A stretch of DNA of 39,382 nt from a virus (Duplodnaviria > Heunggongvirae > Uroviricota > Caudoviricetes), in the IMG/VR virus record IMGVR_UViG_3300046003_006038, positions 128,001 to 167,382 of that record; one strand, 5' to 3'. This document shows positions 35,343-39,382 of this stretch, piece after piece. The notes under the pieces are model-generated. The model did no database searches. It had not been told where the DNA came from and saw only the letters and a program-made list of their open reading frames with translations. Position 1 is the first letter of the stretch, and every line of letters starts with the position of its first letter. Both the position numbers and the translations under genes were made by a program.

Positions 35343-36453
35343 TTCTAACTACTTTAAATACATTCTGATTATCTACTACTGTGGTACTTCCGTCTAAAGT
35401 CGTTTTTATCAATATACGATAATATCTCTCAGGCTGCAAGCCATCCATGTATACATCGAAATACCCTCCTTGACTATCACAGCTTATCTTTGTAAATTTT
35501 GTATCAAAATCTATAATCATCTCTTCTGTATTTTCATCTCTTATTCCCCAATACGATCCCGAAGGTAACGCATAGTTTGTTAGGTATATTGACGTAGTTG
35601 TGAAGGTTCTAATCGGATATTTGGGTTTAGCTGCTATTCTAAATCTCTGCTTACCTGTATTCACGTACTTACCTGTATTATTAGTGATGTTAATAGTTGA
35701 TATATTGTTTGAAAGAGTAGAGAGACTACCTGTACTGTACGAACTGTCATCCCACTTAAAATCTAAATATGGAGGATATATTGTGTTTGTATCTGCACTA
35801 AAATACTTCAACCTTATTGAAGAAGTCGTATTAAACTCTAGATTATTTGACAGTTTTAATATAACTCCGTTATTGGCAATCGTACCTGTTTTCCACAGTT
35901 TTACAGCTGGGGTTATGTTTATATCGATATCATATGTCGAGTTGATTGCATTTGATTGTGTGAATTCAAGACTTGTTGCTCCTGATCCTGTATACCATGT
36001 GCCTCCTCCTGGTTTTGTCGATATGTATGATGCAGTTACCCCTGTTGAATAGGTTGAGGTTGACCAAGGTGTCTCTAACCCTGTTTTTTGGTAGGTCCAA
36101 GAGACTCCTGATGTGTTTGTAGGAATATCCCCGTACTTTCCTGTACCGTTATCCCATCCCCCTACTGAACTAGATACTGGGTATGCGTAGATTGTTGTGT
36201 CCACCGGTATTTGGTATGCATCTGCAAGATACAGCCCTAATGATGCACTGTAGTTATCATTCCCTATTTTATTGTTTACAATATCAGCTATTTCTGCAGA
36301 GCTAAACTGTACAAGTATTCGACTTGTTTCTCCTGTCCCTGTAATATCGTAATAACCTCCTAGCTCAACTATCTCATCCAATCCTGCGTTAGATGTAGGA
36401 GTTTCACTAAAAATAAATGTATCTTTTTCGGGAAATATTCTGTATACTGCCAT
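35335..36453 (-). CDS. Virion structural protein, DNRLRE-like beta-sandwich
   Basis: KDTFIFSE.P..NAG, SRILVQF, NNGVILK and FSAD..YPPYL match my recollection of the DNRLRE-domain pattern. Confidence 0.5.
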   Translation of the reverse strand: MAVYRIFPEKDTFIFSETPTSNAGLDEIVELGGYYDITGTGETSRILVQFSSAEIADIVNNKIGNDNYSASLGLYLADAYQIPVDTTIYAYPVSSSVGGWDNGTGKYGDIPTNTSGVSWTYQKTGLETPWSTSTYSTGVTASYISTKPGGGTWYTGSGATSLEFTQSNAINSTYDIDINITPAVKLWKTGTIANNGVILKLSNNLEFNTTSSIRLKYFSADTNTIYPPYLDFKWDDSSYSTGSLSTLSNNISTINITNNTGKYVNTGKQRFRIAAKPKYPIRTFTTTSIYLTNYALPSGSYWGIRDENTEEMIIDFDTKFTKISCDSQGGYFDVYMDGLQPERYYRILIKTTLDGSTTVVDNQNVFKVVRNG

Positions 36454-36454
36454 G

Positions 36455-38254
36455 TTATAGTGTTGTTATTCTTCCTTTAATATCTGTTGTTGGAAATTTT
36501 ACCTCAAAAATCATAGGATCATATGAAGGGTATATCACATTGTTCCTAGTAGCTCCATTGATATCGTATCCGTATTGTGAATAGTTTCCTCCTGTTAGGT
36601 TATTTACCTGTATCTTCTGTACTGTCTGTACCCCTGGTACCTGATCTAGTAATGTGTATACACTTGATAGGTTTATTGGTTGATTTATATTCCATTTTTT
36701 AATACTGAAGTAGTCTTGAAGTAGAGTGTTACATTGTAGTAGTACGTCTCTACCTAAAAAGTTAGGTCGAACCACTACGTCATACTGCACCTCTATATTT
36801 ACAATAAATGCATCCTTAATATTAATAGCATCTGTCAATACCATATACTCTGCTAAATACCTTTTCAGATTATTCTTCAACGAAATTGGAGCTGTTGTAA
36901 GGTTGCTATTTAGATCGTATGCTAATGTATAAAGTGATAGTGATAGAGGATTACTATCTAATATACTATCTGTACTTGAGTTTGGATTTGTTAACTGGTC
37001 CTGAGTTATATATACTTTGCTTACTGTTCCGTACTTTGCTGGTAGTGATAATGCTCTAACTGTATAATCCTGTAAAGTTACTGCTCTTCCCTGTTCGTTA
37101 AACGCTCTTAAGGAGTTCTGTCTTAACTCTTCCACTGTATCTCCATCTCTTCCTCCTGTTGCTGCTTCGGGGTTATTAAATGTTAGCGAAGTTGTTGGAT
37201 CAGCTATTGGGGTTAGTAAATTTGTAACAGTGTTTGCCGGTACATTTGAAGATACTCCTCCTCCTACCAAGTATTTGATTGTTAGAGTTGTATTTGAAGG
37301 AGCCAATCCATAAGTCTGTGTATGTAAGAAGTTAGAAGGATCGTATGCATAATCGATTCTAGAAATTCCTTGAGAAGTTCCTAATCCTACATTGGTTGGG
37401 TCCGGTGTCAATACACTATCATCTTGTCCTGTAATTCCTGCTCCAAACTGTATTTGCAGTTCTCCTGTTGAGTTAAATCTTGTTACAAATCTTCTAGGAA
37501 CTTTTCGAAGTACCAAATTATACGGCACCAAACCGCTATCCGAGCTTGTGTTTTCGTCATCTACAAATATAGTATCTTGCCCTAAAAACGGTACTTCGTA
37601 CCAGATATTACTAGCACTGTCTGTAATTGATAAGATACCTACTACGTTTGTATCGTTAATATTTATTGTTTTAAATTTTTCTGCAGCTGTAATTTGCTGT
37701 GTGATTGTCTTTACTTCTCCTGAATATGCTTTTCTAGTTTTTGTTAGTCTGAACTGGTTTGGAGATGTTCCTGCTAAGGATTCTATTACTACTTCTGTCG
37801 GATCGTAGGAGCTTGAAAATGTAAAGTCTATAGGAGTATCTATATAGAATCTAGATTGACCTGATGTTGTTGAGCTTAGCTGTGTGCCTGCTGCTATTTG
37901 TAGGGCTTGTGACCAGTCTGGTTGACCTGTTACCGCACCTACAAGGTGTGATACTTCTATATCTACTTCAGAAACTGTTGTAACTTTAGGACGATATCCC
38001 ATCATATACGCTAAGTTATAGAGATTTACAGGGTCCTTAGCATACTGTATATATGTTTCCTGTAATTGTAAATCTTGGTAGAAAGATAAAATATCTCCCA
38101 CATAAGCTGCCATTTCTATAAACATCATACCTGGTGAGGTTGGTGTAAAGTCGTTGTATGTGTTTGGGAAATAATTCTTTGCGTACTCGATTAATTCAGA
38201 TCTTAAATCTGTAAAATCTCTTCCTGTATATTTTATATCTCTATCTTGAGCCAT
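36455..38254 (-). CDS. Baseplate wedge protein, T4 gp6 / baseplate J-like
   Basis: DFTDLRSELIEY, LAYMMGYRP, IQFGAG, ATGGRDGDTVEELR and QGRAVTLQDY. Confidence 0.88.
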   Translation of the reverse strand: MAQDRDIKYTGRDFTDLRSELIEYAKNYFPNTYNDFTPTSPGMMFIEMAAYVGDILSFYQDLQLQETYIQYAKDPVNLYNLAYMMGYRPKVTTVSEVDIEVSHLVGAVTGQPDWSQALQIAAGTQLSSTTSGQSRFYIDTPIDFTFSSSYDPTEVVIESLAGTSPNQFRLTKTRKAYSGEVKTITQQITAAEKFKTININDTNVVGILSITDSASNIWYEVPFLGQDTIFVDDENTSSDSGLVPYNLVLRKVPRRFVTRFNSTGELQIQFGAGITGQDDSVLTPDPTNVGLGTSQGISRIDYAYDPSNFLHTQTYGLAPSNTTLTIKYLVGGGVSSNVPANTVTNLLTPIADPTTSLTFNNPEAATGGRDGDTVEELRQNSLRAFNEQGRAVTLQDYTVRALSLPAKYGTVSKVYITQDQLTNPNSSTDSILDSNPLSLSLYTLAYDLNSNLTTAPISLKNNLKRYLAEYMVLTDAINIKDAFIVNIEVQYDVVVRPNFLGRDVLLQCNTLLQDYFSIKKWNINQPINLSSVYTLLDQVPGVQTVQKIQVNNLTGGNYSQYGYDINGATRNNVIYPSYDPMIFEVKFPTTDIKGRITTL

Positions 38255-38664
38255 TACTGTTCAAAGTTTATTAACAATTCGTCTTGTATATTTGTCATGT
38301 TTATGCTATAGTTTATATACAGTGTAAATGTACCTGTGTCCGGTGATGGTTGTGCTGTAATCTTATTTAATGTCACATTTGGAAACCATTTTGAAACACC
38401 TGCCCTTACAGCTTCCTTTACTCTTTCCGAGGTATCTTCTGTACTCTGTGCAAAAATGTATTGTCTAAGTCCTGCTCCCATTTCTGGATTAAGAAACCTC
38501 TCTCCTTCTTCTGTTAGGAAGAAATTTACTAGATTAGCTTTTATAGCTTCTCGAGTGGTGTAGGTTGTTGTGAACACCTGGTCTGATGTAAATGGAAGTC
38601 CCACTCCAACTCCAACACTTGGTTGTAAATCTAAAGGGTTTATTTGTTGTACTTGAAATGCCAT
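38254..38664 (-). CDS. Baseplate wedge subunit, gp25/GPW-like
   Basis: IKANLVNFFLTEEGERFLNPEMG..WFPNV; directly upstream of the gp6-like gene. Confidence 0.88.
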   Translation of the reverse strand: MAFQVQQINPLDLQPSVGVGVGLPFTSDQVFTTTYTTREAIKANLVNFFLTEEGERFLNPEMGAGLRQYIFAQSTEDTSERVKEAVRAGVSKWFPNVTLNKITAQPSPDTGTFTLYINYSINMTNIQDELLINFEQ

Positions 38665-39056
38665 TATTCTCCGAATCTTGCTTTATCCTTCTCTACCGAT
38701 GCTTTGTAAATTGCTCCTGCATTTTTTGCGAAACTCAAGGTGCTTAAATCTAATCCTGGTGCTGGTCTTGTTTGAAAACCTTCAATAGGATTCATCCCTA
38801 ATCCAGGTGCTTGAACCATGTCTGAGGTTGCATTAACTAAATCTCTATAGGATTCTTGAGTCATAGAAGCTCTCGTTTCATTTAAGATATCCATAATCGG
38901 ATCCCCTGTCCTTATAGTTTTTGCAACAGCAGGTCTATAATTGTCGTACCTGGTTATTTCTGCTACTACCGGAGGTGTAGGAGAACTTCCCAACTCTTCC
39001 TGTAAAACTTCTCGTACTGCTTCCTTTATTAATTTTTTAAAAACATCTAACTTCAT
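38664..39056 (-). CDS. Hypothetical protein with MKLDVFKKLIKEAVREVLQE leader
   Basis: 130 aa, TAATG-coupled to the gp25-like gene. Confidence 0.65.
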   Translation of the reverse strand: MKLDVFKKLIKEAVREVLQEELGSSPTPPVVAEITRYDNYRPAVAKTIRTGDPIMDILNETRASMTQESYRDLVNATSDMVQAPGLGMNPIEGFQTRPAPGLDLSTLSFAKNAGAIYKASVEKDKARFGE

Positions 39057-39059
39057 ATT

Positions 39060-39067
39060 AATAAATA
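39060..39067 (-). promoter_or_regulatory. Putative late promoter motif TATTTATT
   Basis: Intergenic but only 3 nt upstream of the ATG at 39056. Confidence 0.45.
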
Positions 39068-39073
39068 GTTATG

Positions 39074-39382
39074 TTATGGTAATTGATTATCTATTCTAAA
39101 TTTTATCTCGTCTAGTAATACTTGTGTCGAGGAGCTAAATGATGGTTGCCCTCTTAGTACTACAATTCCTCTTCTATCTTTTGCAATAGCATACCTTCTC
39201 GGTGCTATTTGCGGTGAATTTGGGTCTTGAATAATTTCTAACTTGTAACCCTTATACTCGTAATCTGCATCAGGAGTCCCTTCTGATCCAGTATTCTGTT
39301 TTGGTTGTGCTTGTGTTACTATTTTTGCTAGATCTGGGGATTGTTTACTACATTCCTGTATTGCTAAGTCTATTGCGTTCTC
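39074..39382 (-). CDS. C-terminal part of a hypothetical protein (starts beyond the right edge)
   Basis: Open frame ...YEYKGYKLEIIQDP..RRYAIAKDRRG..SFSSSTQVLLDEIKFRIDNQLP*. Confidence 0.7.
   Translation of the reverse strand, partial: ENAIDLAIQECSKQSPDLAKIVTQAQPKQNTGSEGTPDADYEYKGYKLEIIQDPNSPQIAPRRYAIAKDRRGIVVLRGQPSFSSSTQVLLDEIKFRIDNQLP

Noticed and set aside
652-38563. All plus-strand ORFs in the track, and short nested minus-strand ORFs such as 15315..15515 and 31697..31891
   Set aside because: Nearly all are shadows of well-supported minus-strand genes, with Ser/Leu/Phe-biased antisense composition and no recognisable motifs; 13738..14007 also runs across a terminator.
1-39382. Stop-codon reassignment (TAG or TGA), as seen in some large phages
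   Set aside because: Core genes are full length in code 11, and TAG/TGA stops are followed closely by the next start, a promoter motif or a terminator.

Overview
This is an AT-rich, gene-dense segment of a large T4-like (contractile-tailed) dsDNA phage genome, with essentially every real gene on the minus strand. In transcription order (right to left) it holds: a baseplate/tail block (gp25-like, gp6/J-like, gp7-like, fibre-attachment proteins, SHAEG-repeat fibre; 25.8-39.4 kb); an accessory block of about 20 small modular genes with an embedded primase + PD-(D/E)XK exonuclease pair (13.8-25.8 kb); the head module (TerL, portal, prohead protease, scaffold, major capsid; 3.2-13.7 kb); then PhoH and gp13/gp14/gp15-like neck genes. 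Main observations: (1) about 16 otherwise unrelated proteins, several of them predicted enzymes, share short N-terminal amphipathic leaders usually ending at a hydrophobic-x-E site, suggesting a capsid-targeting and protease-release cargo system; (2) a TATTTATW motif, the reverse complement of the T4 late promoter, precedes 13 genes, six at exactly 17 nt; (3) a two-hairpin 100-nt leader precedes the terminator-insulated scaffold-capsid operon; (4) [ST]GS tripeptides are enriched in tail and baseplate proteins. All family calls are from motif recognition by eye; no database search was run. No tRNA, rRNA, CRISPR array, IS or intron was seen.
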